Shown: positions 1-7,532, counted from the first letter of the stretch. The stretch is 64,000 bases of DNA from an uncultured Alphaproteobacteria bacterium (GCA_947586835.1 CANPXT010000005.1:3327-67326); one strand, 5' to 3'. Program-made: numbers and translations. The notes: generated by a model from the letters alone, not told the origin.

Positions 1-642
1 GCTCATGCAATTACTGCACGAACAGGCATAGTTACATATTCTGGTCCACATTTTTCGACTTTTGGAATGGAAAAAGGATTGGAATATACAGTTGATTATT
101 TTAGACGTTGTCTTCTTTTAAAGGAAAAATATGAGATTATTTCTTCCGATACTTTTAGTGATGATCCATGGTACTTAAATCAAAAGAATAGGAAATTTAT
201 TCGTAATTTAGGTTGGAATGTTATTCATGATATTCCTCCAGAGGGGATTCAAGGACAATTATATGGAGGCAATCTAACAGCCTTGACTTCTCTTCAAGGA
301 ACGGCATATTATCCTAAAATAAATCGTTCTATTCTATTTATTGAAGATACAGAGGCTATCAATCCATGCAATTTTGACAGATTATTACAAACACTTCTTA
401 TTCAAAGTAACTTCAAGTCTATCAAAGCGTTATTAATTGGTAGATTTCAACTGAGATCTGGAATGAATGAGAATCTGCTTAAAGAAATAATTCACACAAA
501 AAAGAAGTTGCAAGGAATTCCTGTTATTTCTAATGTTGATTTTGGTCATACAACTCCAATTTGTACTTATCCCATTGGGGGAAAAGTTTCATTAAGTAAA
601 AAAATGGGGAAAATATGTCTAACTATAAAGGAAAGAGAATAA
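1..642 (+). CDS. S66 serine peptidase (LD-carboxypeptidase LdcA / microcin-C immunity MccF family), C-terminal part; 5' end lies outside the window
   Basis: The frame is open from base 1 (AHAITARTGIVTYSGPHFSTFGME...). It is collinear with the full-length paralog at 4225-5211 (AHAITSQTGMVTYSGPHFSSFGML, FSDDPW, LIGRFQ, GHTTPI.TYPIGG). Confidence 0.8.
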   Translation, partial: AHAITARTGIVTYSGPHFSTFGMEKGLEYTVDYFRRCLLLKEKYEIISSDTFSDDPWYLNQKNRKFIRNLGWNVIHDIPPEGIQGQLYGGNLTALTSLQGTAYYPKINRSILFIEDTEAINPCNFDRLLQTLLIQSNFKSIKALLIGRFQLRSGMNENLLKEIIHTKKKLQGIPVISNVDFGHTTPICTYPIGGKVSLSKKMGKICLTIKERE

Positions 643-650
643 GTCATTCC

Positions 651-1247
651 ATGAAATCTTTTGCGGAAAATAAATTTGAAGAAATATTGTTGGAAAAATG
701 CCGATCAGCTTTGTCGCTAAAAAATGATATTTCGCACGATATGGCGCATGCTTTACGAGTTATGAAATTGGCAAAATATATTTCCTTTTTTGAAGGGGGT
801 AATTTAAAAATTATCCTTCCTGCTGCTTTGTTTCATGATATCATCTGTTATCCAAAAGATTCGTTACAGACGAAAAATAGTACTACAGAAAGTGCCATTC
901 TCGCTGAACATATCTTAACTCAAGATAATTTACTTTTACCAACAGAAATTCTCGAGGTCAAAAGAATTATAAGTAATTGTTCGTTCTCTAAAAAAATTCC
1001 TTCCACATGTATAGAGGAGGAGATCGTAAGAGACGCAGATTTATTAGAGGCAAGTGGCGCAGTTTCTATTATGAGAACTTTTGCTTCTGCTGGTATAATG
1101 AATCACCCTTTTTATAACCTAACAGATCCTTTTGCAAGACACAGAGAACCAAACGATAAAAAATTATGCGTTAGATCTATTTTTTACACGTTTATTACAA
1201 GTTCGAAAACACTTAAAAACAATAACCGCCAAACAAATTCTAGATGA
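651..1247 (+). CDS. HD-domain phosphohydrolase (YedJ-like), N-terminal portion; the reading frame is lost at the A6T2 run 1158-1165
   Basis: Contains SHDMAHALRV ... ALFHDI ... RDADLLEASGAVSIMRTFA ... DPFARHREPNDK, the HD/YedJ pattern. An ATG at 651 follows an AAGGAAAGAG RBS. The tail after 1165 (LCVRSIFYTF...) is unlike the family. Confidence 0.7.
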   Translation: MKSFAENKFEEILLEKCRSALSLKNDISHDMAHALRVMKLAKYISFFEGGNLKIILPAALFHDIICYPKDSLQTKNSTTESAILAEHILTQDNLLLPTEILEVKRIISNCSFSKKIPSTCIEEEIVRDADLLEASGAVSIMRTFASAGIMNHPFYNLTDPFARHREPNDKKLCVRSIFYTFITSSKTLKNNNRQTNSR

Positions 1248-2070
1248 ACGTGAAGCTTTTTTGAATTCTTTTTTAAAACAGCTTGAAAAAGAAATTGAAC
1301 CTGAAAATGATCTGTTAGAACAAATCAAAGAAGAGGAAAAAAATTGGAGTAAAATTTTTGAAAAAGAAAAAAACAAGCCCTTTAAAAAATTTTCTTCATT
1401 TTGGTGGAAAAAATATTATTCACAAATAACTAAAACTTTGGGGAAATATATCCATCCGGACGACATTATCTTAGAAGCCGGTTCTGGTTCTGGAAAAGCG
1501 AGTTTTCTTCTCGCACCAAACAACAAAAAAATACTTTTGGACATATCTAAAAATGCCCTAAATTATGCAAAATTTTTAGAAAAACAATTAAATTCAAATA
1601 ATACAGAGTACATTATCGGGAATATTTTTAATATGAAAATAGCAGATGAATCTGTTAATTTTTGTTGGAATGTGGGAGTAATAGAGCACTACTCTCTAGA
1701 ACAAGTGAAACTCATTGTGAAGGAGATGTTACGTGTCACAAAAAATGGTGGCTATGTTGCAATTGGCTATCCTAATTTTTGGTCAGGACCTATTTTAAAA
1801 GCATGGCTTCTAAGTTTTCCTTTGTTTAGTAAGTTTCAGGGTTATAGATTGTCTTCTGAACATTTTTATCAAGACAAGAAATTGAAAAAGATTTGCAAAA
1901 TTGTTGATGACGGGAACAGAATTGAATGGGTTAAGACTATTAAAATAGGCAACCCTTTACCAATGGAAACTCCAAAATTAATATTAAAAATAATTGGCCC
2001 GATTTTAAATTTACTATATTACAACAGATTCTTGACATTTATTTTAATCAAAACCAATAAAAAAGGTTGA
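1132..2070 (+). CDS. Continuation frame: YedJ-like C-terminal helices fused to a class I SAM-dependent methyltransferase
   Basis: NYALDLFFTRLLQVRKHLKT.TAKQILDEREAFLNSFL matches the YedJ C-terminus (E. coli [13 protein letters not shown]...). Downstream, ILEAGSGSGKASFLL is SAM motif I (ExGxGxG), followed by LLDIS, GNIFNM and NGGYVAIG. Confidence 0.7.
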   Translation: MQDTENQTIKNYALDLFFTRLLQVRKHLKTITAKQILDEREAFLNSFLKQLEKEIEPENDLLEQIKEEEKNWSKIFEKEKNKPFKKFSSFWWKKYYSQITKTLGKYIHPDDIILEAGSGSGKASFLLAPNNKKILLDISKNALNYAKFLEKQLNSNNTEYIIGNIFNMKIADESVNFCWNVGVIEHYSLEQVKLIVKEMLRVTKNGGYVAIGYPNFWSGPILKAWLLSFPLFSKFQGYRLSSEHFYQDKKLKKICKIVDDGNRIEWVKTIKIGNPLPMETPKLILKIIGPILNLLYYNRFLTFILIKTNKKG

Positions 2071-2132
2071 CGTTTTCTTCAAATTTTGATATAAACTAGG
2101 TGTTCTTGTAATTCTCAACGTGGAGGATGCTT

Positions 2133-3149
2133 ATGACAACACAGATTCCCGCACCACAGTCTTGGAAAAATCCTGAAAAACATTTAGATATTTTATTACA
2201 AAATCCTTGGTATACAATATTAAATTCATTGTATTCAAGTGTTTTTAAGGCGACCCATCATTTTTATGAAAAAGAAGAAATTGAACCATCCCTGTTCCCA
2301 ATTACAACAGGTTCAATCAGTAGCCCTATAGGTTTGGGGAGTGATTCGTTGCCTATAAAAATACAATTGAATGGCCATGAAATCTATTTAGCTGATTCTA
2401 TGCAATTTTGTTTGGAAATTGGCGATCGTTTAAATAAAAAGGGGGCATACTATATTATGCCAACATTTAGGGGAGAAAAAACGGATGCGCGACATTTAAA
2501 TGAATTCGTTCATTCTGAGGTAGAAATAAAAGGAACTATCGACGACATTATGAACTTGGCTGAACGTTACATTAAATCATTAATTCAGTATCTCTTAGAC
2601 CATAATGCAAATGAAATTGTTGCTGTCGCAGGAACGATAGAGCATCTAAAAAAAGCGTTAATAACCAGCTTTAAAAGGATTTCTTATACAAATGCCCTCA
2701 TTGAATTACAAAATATTCCCAATGCCATAAAAATATTAGATGGTGGTTTGAAAGACATTACTCCTATTGGTGAAAAATATTTGCTAGAAAAATATGGAGA
2801 TTTTACTTGGCTGACGGGAATTCCATGGAAGTTAGTTCCTTTTTATCAAGCTCGTCAACCGGAAAATAACGATATTGCTTTTGCTTCTGATTTGTTAGCG
2901 GGTATTGGTGAAATTTTAGGTTCTGGGCAACGCGTGCTAACCGTTGATGATTTGGATATTTCATTAGCTGAGCATAACGTTGGGCAACAGGAATACTTAT
3001 GGTATAGAAGGATGCGTGAACTAAATACTGTCCAAACGAGTGGGTTCGGTTTAGGAATTGAACGTTTTCTCCTTTGGGTTTTGAAACATAATGACATAAG
3101 GGATTGTACTATTTTATTGAGAGATCATAATCAGATAAGCAGTCCCTAA
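2133..3149 (+). CDS. Class IIb aaRS catalytic-core paralog (AsnRS/AspRS-like) without an anticodon-binding domain
   Basis: Motif 2-like FRGEKTDARHLNEFVHSEVEI. AsnRS-type C-terminus GEILGSGQR ... YLWYRRMRELNTVQTSGFGLGIERFLLWVLKHNDIRD. There is no N-terminal OB fold. GGAGG lies 6 nt before the ATG at 2133. Confidence 0.65.
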   Translation: MTTQIPAPQSWKNPEKHLDILLQNPWYTILNSLYSSVFKATHHFYEKEEIEPSLFPITTGSISSPIGLGSDSLPIKIQLNGHEIYLADSMQFCLEIGDRLNKKGAYYIMPTFRGEKTDARHLNEFVHSEVEIKGTIDDIMNLAERYIKSLIQYLLDHNANEIVAVAGTIEHLKKALITSFKRISYTNALIELQNIPNAIKILDGGLKDITPIGEKYLLEKYGDFTWLTGIPWKLVPFYQARQPENNDIAFASDLLAGIGEILGSGQRVLTVDDLDISLAEHNVGQQEYLWYRRMRELNTVQTSGFGLGIERFLLWVLKHNDIRDCTILLRDHNQISSP

Positions 3150-3166
3150 AGTTTGTGAGGTGTATC

Positions 3167-4228
3167 ATGAAATTGAGTGATATTTCAACTTTTAAAAGGG
3201 AAGAAAGTCATGCATACATGGTTTGTATGATAAACGATTATCTTTCATTTTTTCAGGCCAAGGGATATCAATTACATGAGCCTGTTAAAATTGCTTCCAG
3301 AATAGATCCCACAGTTCAGTTTATTGGCTCTCACATAAGTGTACTAAAACCTTACTTCATGTCTCAGACTCTTCCTGAACCAGGATATGTGATGACACAA
3401 CCATGCGTTCGGACAAGAAATTTAAAAAATTACAACGATGATTCTTTTCTTCCTAACTGGGGATCAATGTTTCATAGCTTGGGGACATTAGCAAAATCTG
3501 CACATTTACAGGATGTAACTGCACAAACTTACAGTCTTTTAACCAATGTTTGGGGCTTAAAACCAGATGATATAAAGGTTCGTATTCAATCAATCGACGG
3601 TGATTTATATGAAATATCGAGTAAAGTTTTCTCTCCTTCTTCATTTGAAATAGATACCAAACCAGGACAGTATTATAGACATAAAGTTGGAATAGATGGT
3701 GTTTGGGGGCGCAATTATAATATTGCCATTAGAGAGGGAAAAACTGAAAATTTCAGTGATATAGGTAATGTTATCATTTTAGAAAATAAAGATACAAAAT
3801 TGGGTATTGAAATTGCTTTGGGTACCTCCACTATTCTTAAAATTAACAAAGGGTTATCTCATGTATTAGATTGCCATCCGCTTTTAGGGTTAGAAAAAAT
3901 TGAGAATCCCGCTCTTAAAATTAAAATGGAAGACTGTATTATAACGTCTATGGCCTTGTACCATGATGGATTGTTGCCTTCAAATGCGCATATTACAAAT
4001 CGTTTAATGAAAAAATACATGGATACATTAGCAAGGTTGTTACCCAAAACAGAGATGTCTATTGATACACTAGCGTGCATTTTGAATCGTTATGAGCATA
4101 GAGAATATGGTCACGCAAAACCTGTTTATGCACAACAAATGGTCTCATATTTAAATAAAACTTCCAAAGGAGCTCCTACTCCAACAATCCCAACAATGGT
4201 CGCGGGAAAAAGTAGAGAGAGATGTTAG
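3167..4228 (+). CDS. Class IIc aaRS catalytic-core paralog (AlaRS N-terminal domain-like) without tRNA-recognition, editing or C-Ala domains
   Basis: YLSFFQAKGYQLHEPVKIASRIDPTVQFIGSHISVLKPYF ... TQPCVRTRN ... FHSLGTLA ... GNVIILEN ... GIEIALGTSTI parallels AlaRS FLDFF..KGH, DPTLLFTNAGMNQFK, QRCVRAGG, FFEMLGNFSFG, IWNLVFMQ and DTGMGLERI. GAGGTG RBS lies before the ATG at 3167. Confidence 0.55.
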   Translation: MKLSDISTFKREESHAYMVCMINDYLSFFQAKGYQLHEPVKIASRIDPTVQFIGSHISVLKPYFMSQTLPEPGYVMTQPCVRTRNLKNYNDDSFLPNWGSMFHSLGTLAKSAHLQDVTAQTYSLLTNVWGLKPDDIKVRIQSIDGDLYEISSKVFSPSSFEIDTKPGQYYRHKVGIDGVWGRNYNIAIREGKTENFSDIGNVIILENKDTKLGIEIALGTSTILKINKGLSHVLDCHPLLGLEKIENPALKIKMEDCIITSMALYHDGLLPSNAHITNRLMKKYMDTLARLLPKTEMSIDTLACILNRYEHREYGHAKPVYAQQMVSYLNKTSKGAPTPTIPTMVAGKSRERC

Positions 4229-5211
4229 TGTTTAAGAACTATTATTATTGGCTCATCTTTTGATACGTCCACCTTAATTTCACCACCTATTGGATAGGTA
4301 ATAATAGGAGTCGTATGGCCTATGTCTAAGTTACCAATGATAGGAAGATGTGACAACTCTTTTTTTGCCACAATTTTTTCCAGCAATTTTCTTGTCATTT
4401 TCGTCTTATCTTGAAAACGTCCAATTAAAATTGCCTTTACGCTAGAAAAATCTTTTTGATGAATCAGTGATTGTAGCATGCGATCAAAAACTTCTGGAGA
4501 AACCTCCTCATCTTCCTCTAAGAACAAAACACTGTTTTCTAATCCAGGCCAAAACTTTGTCCCCTGAAGTGAAGCTATACAACGTACATGCCCTCCAATT
4601 AATTTCCCACTTACAATATCCTCTGATCCATGATTCAAAACCCAAAATGGATCATTTTTTCTGAAATCCCGCTTTTCTTGATCTAAAAACCAAGGATCAT
4701 CACTGAAGGTTGAAGAAGGGGATATTTGATAGGGTGCATCACTTAATAAACATTTTTTAAAATAATCAAAGGTATAATCAAACCCTTTCAGCATACCAAA
4801 ACTTGAAAAATGAGGTCCAGAATACGTTACCATTCCTGTTTGTGAAGTGATAGCATGGGCTAAACAAGTTATATCCGAAAAACCACATAAAATTTTGGGA
4901 TTACTTTTAATTAATTCATAATCCAACTTATCAATCAACTGATTGGTATTGAAACCACCAATTGCTGTTAAAATAGCATCTACGCTCGGATCCCTGAAGG
5001 CTTCATGTATATCATCCAAACGTTGTTGAATAGAAGAGGAACAAAAATCATCCATAACATTCACATTTTTAGAATAAGAAACCGAAATTCCCATTTCTTC
5101 GAATCTATCTTTGGCTATCTTACGACAATCCTCAGAAATGATAGCAAAACTTCTAGCTGGGGCTATAACTCGAATATGAGAACCTTTTGTTAATTTTTTA
5201 GGGTAAATCAT
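4225..5211 (-). CDS. S66 serine peptidase (LdcA / MccF family), full length
   Basis: 328 aa. Contains IRVIAPA, the GFSDITCL nucleophile motif and the DIGHTTP His motif. It converges on the AlaRS-like gene with a 4-nt overlap. Confidence 0.8.
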   Translation of the reverse strand: MIYPKKLTKGSHIRVIAPARSFAIISEDCRKIAKDRFEEMGISVSYSKNVNVMDDFCSSSIQQRLDDIHEAFRDPSVDAILTAIGGFNTNQLIDKLDYELIKSNPKILCGFSDITCLAHAITSQTGMVTYSGPHFSSFGMLKGFDYTFDYFKKCLLSDAPYQISPSSTFSDDPWFLDQEKRDFRKNDPFWVLNHGSEDIVSGKLIGGHVRCIASLQGTKFWPGLENSVLFLEEDEEVSPEVFDRMLQSLIHQKDFSSVKAILIGRFQDKTKMTRKLLEKIVAKKELSHLPIIGNLDIGHTTPIITYPIGGEIKVDVSKDEPIIIVLKH

Positions 5212-5283
5212 TTTCTCTCCTTAGGTTATTTTATCATGATTGTAGTATACACATTGTTTTTAAAAAGTCAACCATAAAACCAC

Positions 5284-5312
5284 TTGACTTTTGTCAAGTT
5301 TTATGGTAATAT
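5284..5312 (+). promoter_or_regulatory. Sigma70-like promoter for glyQS (TTGACT-17-TAATAT) embedded in a 37-nt nested inverted repeat (5271-5307)
   Basis: -35 at 5284-5289, -10 at 5307-5312. ACCATAAAAC (5271-5280) pairs with GTTTTATGGT (5298-5307). The inner palindrome is CTTGAC-TTTT-GTCAAG. Confidence 0.45.
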
Positions 5313-5342
5313 AACAACATTTCAATCAACGAAGGAGGTATC

Positions 5343-6773
5343 ATGGCTGTTCGTACTATGGAAGAATTGGTTTCTTTATGCAAGAAACGTGGTTTTGTTT
5401 TTCAATCATCTGAAATCTATGGTGGTTTAAGAGGGGTATATGATTTAGGTCCTCTTGGAGTAGAATTAAAGAAAAATATCCGAAATGCTTGGTGGCGAAG
5501 TTTGGTATATGAACGGGATGATATTGAAGGGGTGGAATGTTCACACTTATCACACAGATTAGTATGGAAACATTCTGGTCACGAGGATACTTTTTCTGAT
5601 CCTTTGATTGAATGTAAAACATGTCACTCTCGTATGAGACAAGACAAAATGAAAGATGAAACGAAATGTGATACTTGTGGTTCATCCGATTTAACAGATC
5701 CTAAAAAATTCTTATTAATGATGAAAACTAATATTGGGCCTGTGGATGATGGAAGTAGTTTTGCTTACTTACGTCCAGAAACAGCTCAAGGGAGTTATTT
5801 AAATTTTGAAAATGTTTTGCTTTCTATGGGGAGAAAACTTCCTTTTGGAATAGCTCAACATGGTAAATCTTTTCGCAATGAAATTACCCCGAAAAACTTT
5901 TTATTTCGACTAAGGGAATTTGAACAAGCAGAAATGCAATTTTTCGTTCCTCCTGAAACCGATATTGAATGGTGGGAAAAATGGAAAAATATTCGCCATC
6001 AATGGTGGCTTGAGCAGGGAATTCCTGCAGGAAAACTACGCTTTAAGGATCACGAACAACTTGCTCATTACGCGAAGTGTGCGACAGATATTGAATACGA
6101 ATTTCCGTGGGGGTTTGATGAAATTGAAGGAATTCATGATCGACAGGACTTTGACCTCGGTTCTCATACAAAATCTCAAGAAGATTTTAAAATCAACGCA
6201 AAAGTTCTGCCTAATAAAGATTCTACCACACGAATGTCTTATAGAGATCCGTTTACAGGGAAAGAATTCATTCCTTTTGTCATTGAAACTGCAGCAGGTT
6301 TGGATAGAGCCATGATTGCCTTGATCAATGAGGCTTATACAGAAGAAAAATTACCAAACGGAAAAACTCGTACAGTTTTGAAATTAAAGAAGCATCTCGC
6401 TCCTATCAAAGTTGCAGTTGTACCTCTGGCAAAAAATAATCCAGATATTATGATGACAGGTATGAAAGTTCGCCGTGTTTTAAGTGAACTTGGCATAGGT
6501 CGGGTTGTTTTTGAAAATAGTAATAACATAGGGAAAGCTTACAGAAGACATGATGAGATAGGCACTCCTATTTGTGTCACTGTCGATTTTGATACGTTGG
6601 AAAAAGAAAACCACCCAGTAACGGTTAGAGATCGGGATACAATGGAACAGGTTAGTGTTAATATTGCAGATATCGGAAAATATGTTAAAAAATTCTATTC
6701 TAGAGAAACACCTCAACAAGATGTTGAACGTTTATACCAATTTTCAAAAATGAAAGAAAAAGGAAGAGAATAA
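5343..6773 (+). CDS. glyQS: Glycyl-tRNA synthetase, homodimeric (alpha2, GlyQS) type
   Basis: MEELVSLCKKRGFVFQSSEIYGGLRGVYDLGPLGVELKKNIRNAWW. CxxC...CxxC insertion. RPETAQG, FRNEITP, REFEQAEMQFF, and a C-terminal anticodon-binding domain. GGAGG RBS. Confidence 0.9.
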   Translation: MAVRTMEELVSLCKKRGFVFQSSEIYGGLRGVYDLGPLGVELKKNIRNAWWRSLVYERDDIEGVECSHLSHRLVWKHSGHEDTFSDPLIECKTCHSRMRQDKMKDETKCDTCGSSDLTDPKKFLLMMKTNIGPVDDGSSFAYLRPETAQGSYLNFENVLLSMGRKLPFGIAQHGKSFRNEITPKNFLFRLREFEQAEMQFFVPPETDIEWWEKWKNIRHQWWLEQGIPAGKLRFKDHEQLAHYAKCATDIEYEFPWGFDEIEGIHDRQDFDLGSHTKSQEDFKINAKVLPNKDSTTRMSYRDPFTGKEFIPFVIETAAGLDRAMIALINEAYTEEKLPNGKTRTVLKLKKHLAPIKVAVVPLAKNNPDIMMTGMKVRRVLSELGIGRVVFENSNNIGKAYRRHDEIGTPICVTVDFDTLEKENHPVTVRDRDTMEQVSVNIADIGKYVKKFYSRETPQQDVERLYQFSKMKEKGRE

Positions 6774-6810
6774 TTTCGTTTCAATATACTCAATCCTTTA
6801 AGCAATTAAA

Positions 6811-7008
6811 AAGTGTAAAACGCTATCCGCGACCTCTCAGGAGATTTTGGCTTTGTTTGCAGAGAATTCACAGCTAGACATTGCGACCATTGTTCAAAAA
6901 ACTGGAAAGAATCGAGAAACTGTCCGCAAAGCGGTTCAGAGCCTTGTTAAAAAAGGATACCTAAACAAAATCGGCTCTACCAGAGGTGTGGTATATTTAC
7001 TATCTTAA
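6811..7008 (+). pseudogene. Remnant of a winged-helix DNA-binding protein (C-terminal about 65 codons, no start codon)
   Basis: The stop-to-stop frame reads ...ATSQEILALFAENSQLDIATIVQKTGKNRETVRKAVQSLVKKGYLNKIGSTRGVVYLLS*. There is no upstream ATG or RBS. Confidence 0.35.
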
Positions 7009-7027
7009 ATTTTTTCAAAAAGAAAGT

Positions 7028-7129
7028 TCAACTTGGGGGGGGGCGGTTTTTACCTTTTTTCTTATTTTTCAATACGGTTAAGAGTGTTGGCAAGATGATT
7101 TGTGCTAAGAGTTTAAGTTGTTTTTCCAT
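7028..7129 (-). CDS. Small 33-aa ORF, hydrophobic helix plus basic tail (type I toxin-like), carrying a C9 tract near its 3' end
   Basis: AAAGGAGAACAC-ATG. The peptide is MEKQLKLLAQIILPTLLTVLKNKKKGKNRPPPS. Hand-translated, and shorter than the ORF-track cutoff. Confidence 0.3.
   Translation of the reverse strand: MEKQLKLLAQIILPTLLTVLKNKKKGKNRPPPS
7035..7043. repeat. G9 (C9 on the minus strand) homopolymer tract
   Basis: Read directly from acttGGGGGGGGGcgg. Confidence 0.9.
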
Positions 7130-7317
7130 GTGTTCTCCTTTCAGTTGAGGGCATCACCATATATGCTCTTATTGACAGATTTATCAACTTATATTTTGAA
7201 AAGGCGCATTTTTGACGATAACCAACACTATTTTTACATACAAGTCATTTGCAAAATACCCCAAAAGCAAAGGACAAATGCCTACTTTTCGTTCAAAAAT
7301 CAAGTAACACCACCAAT

Positions 7318-7348
7318 AAAAAGAGAGTTTTAAAAGCTCTCTTTTTTT
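7318..7348. terminator. Bidirectional rho-independent terminator-like hairpin
   Basis: AAAAAGAGAG-ttttaaaag-CTCTCTTTTTTT. Confidence 0.4.
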
Positions 7349-7532
7349 GATATTCGACACTTTTTCCGTTTTCTTATTTCTTAAAGCATTTTTTTTCAAA
7401 ATTTATGAAAAAATCAAAAATATGCACCGTTTAATATATTTTATCACTTTATGAAGTTCTCAATCTTCAAAAGCTGAAATATTGAGTACCTTGAACAGCT
7501 GAAAAAAAATAACAAATATACCCCCGGGAGTC

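Noticed and set aside
5212-5342. T-box or other riboswitch leader upstream of glyQS (and likewise upstream of leuS at 16685-16760).
   Set aside because: The distance from the predicted -10 element to the start codon is only about 30-40 nt, far shorter than a T-box. No specifier or antiterminator architecture is visible.
7118-7399. Two overlapping 71-aa ORFs on opposite strands in the junction region.
   Set aside because: Neither has an RBS. Both have odd composition and run through a terminator-like hairpin and AT-rich DNA. They are probably non-coding.
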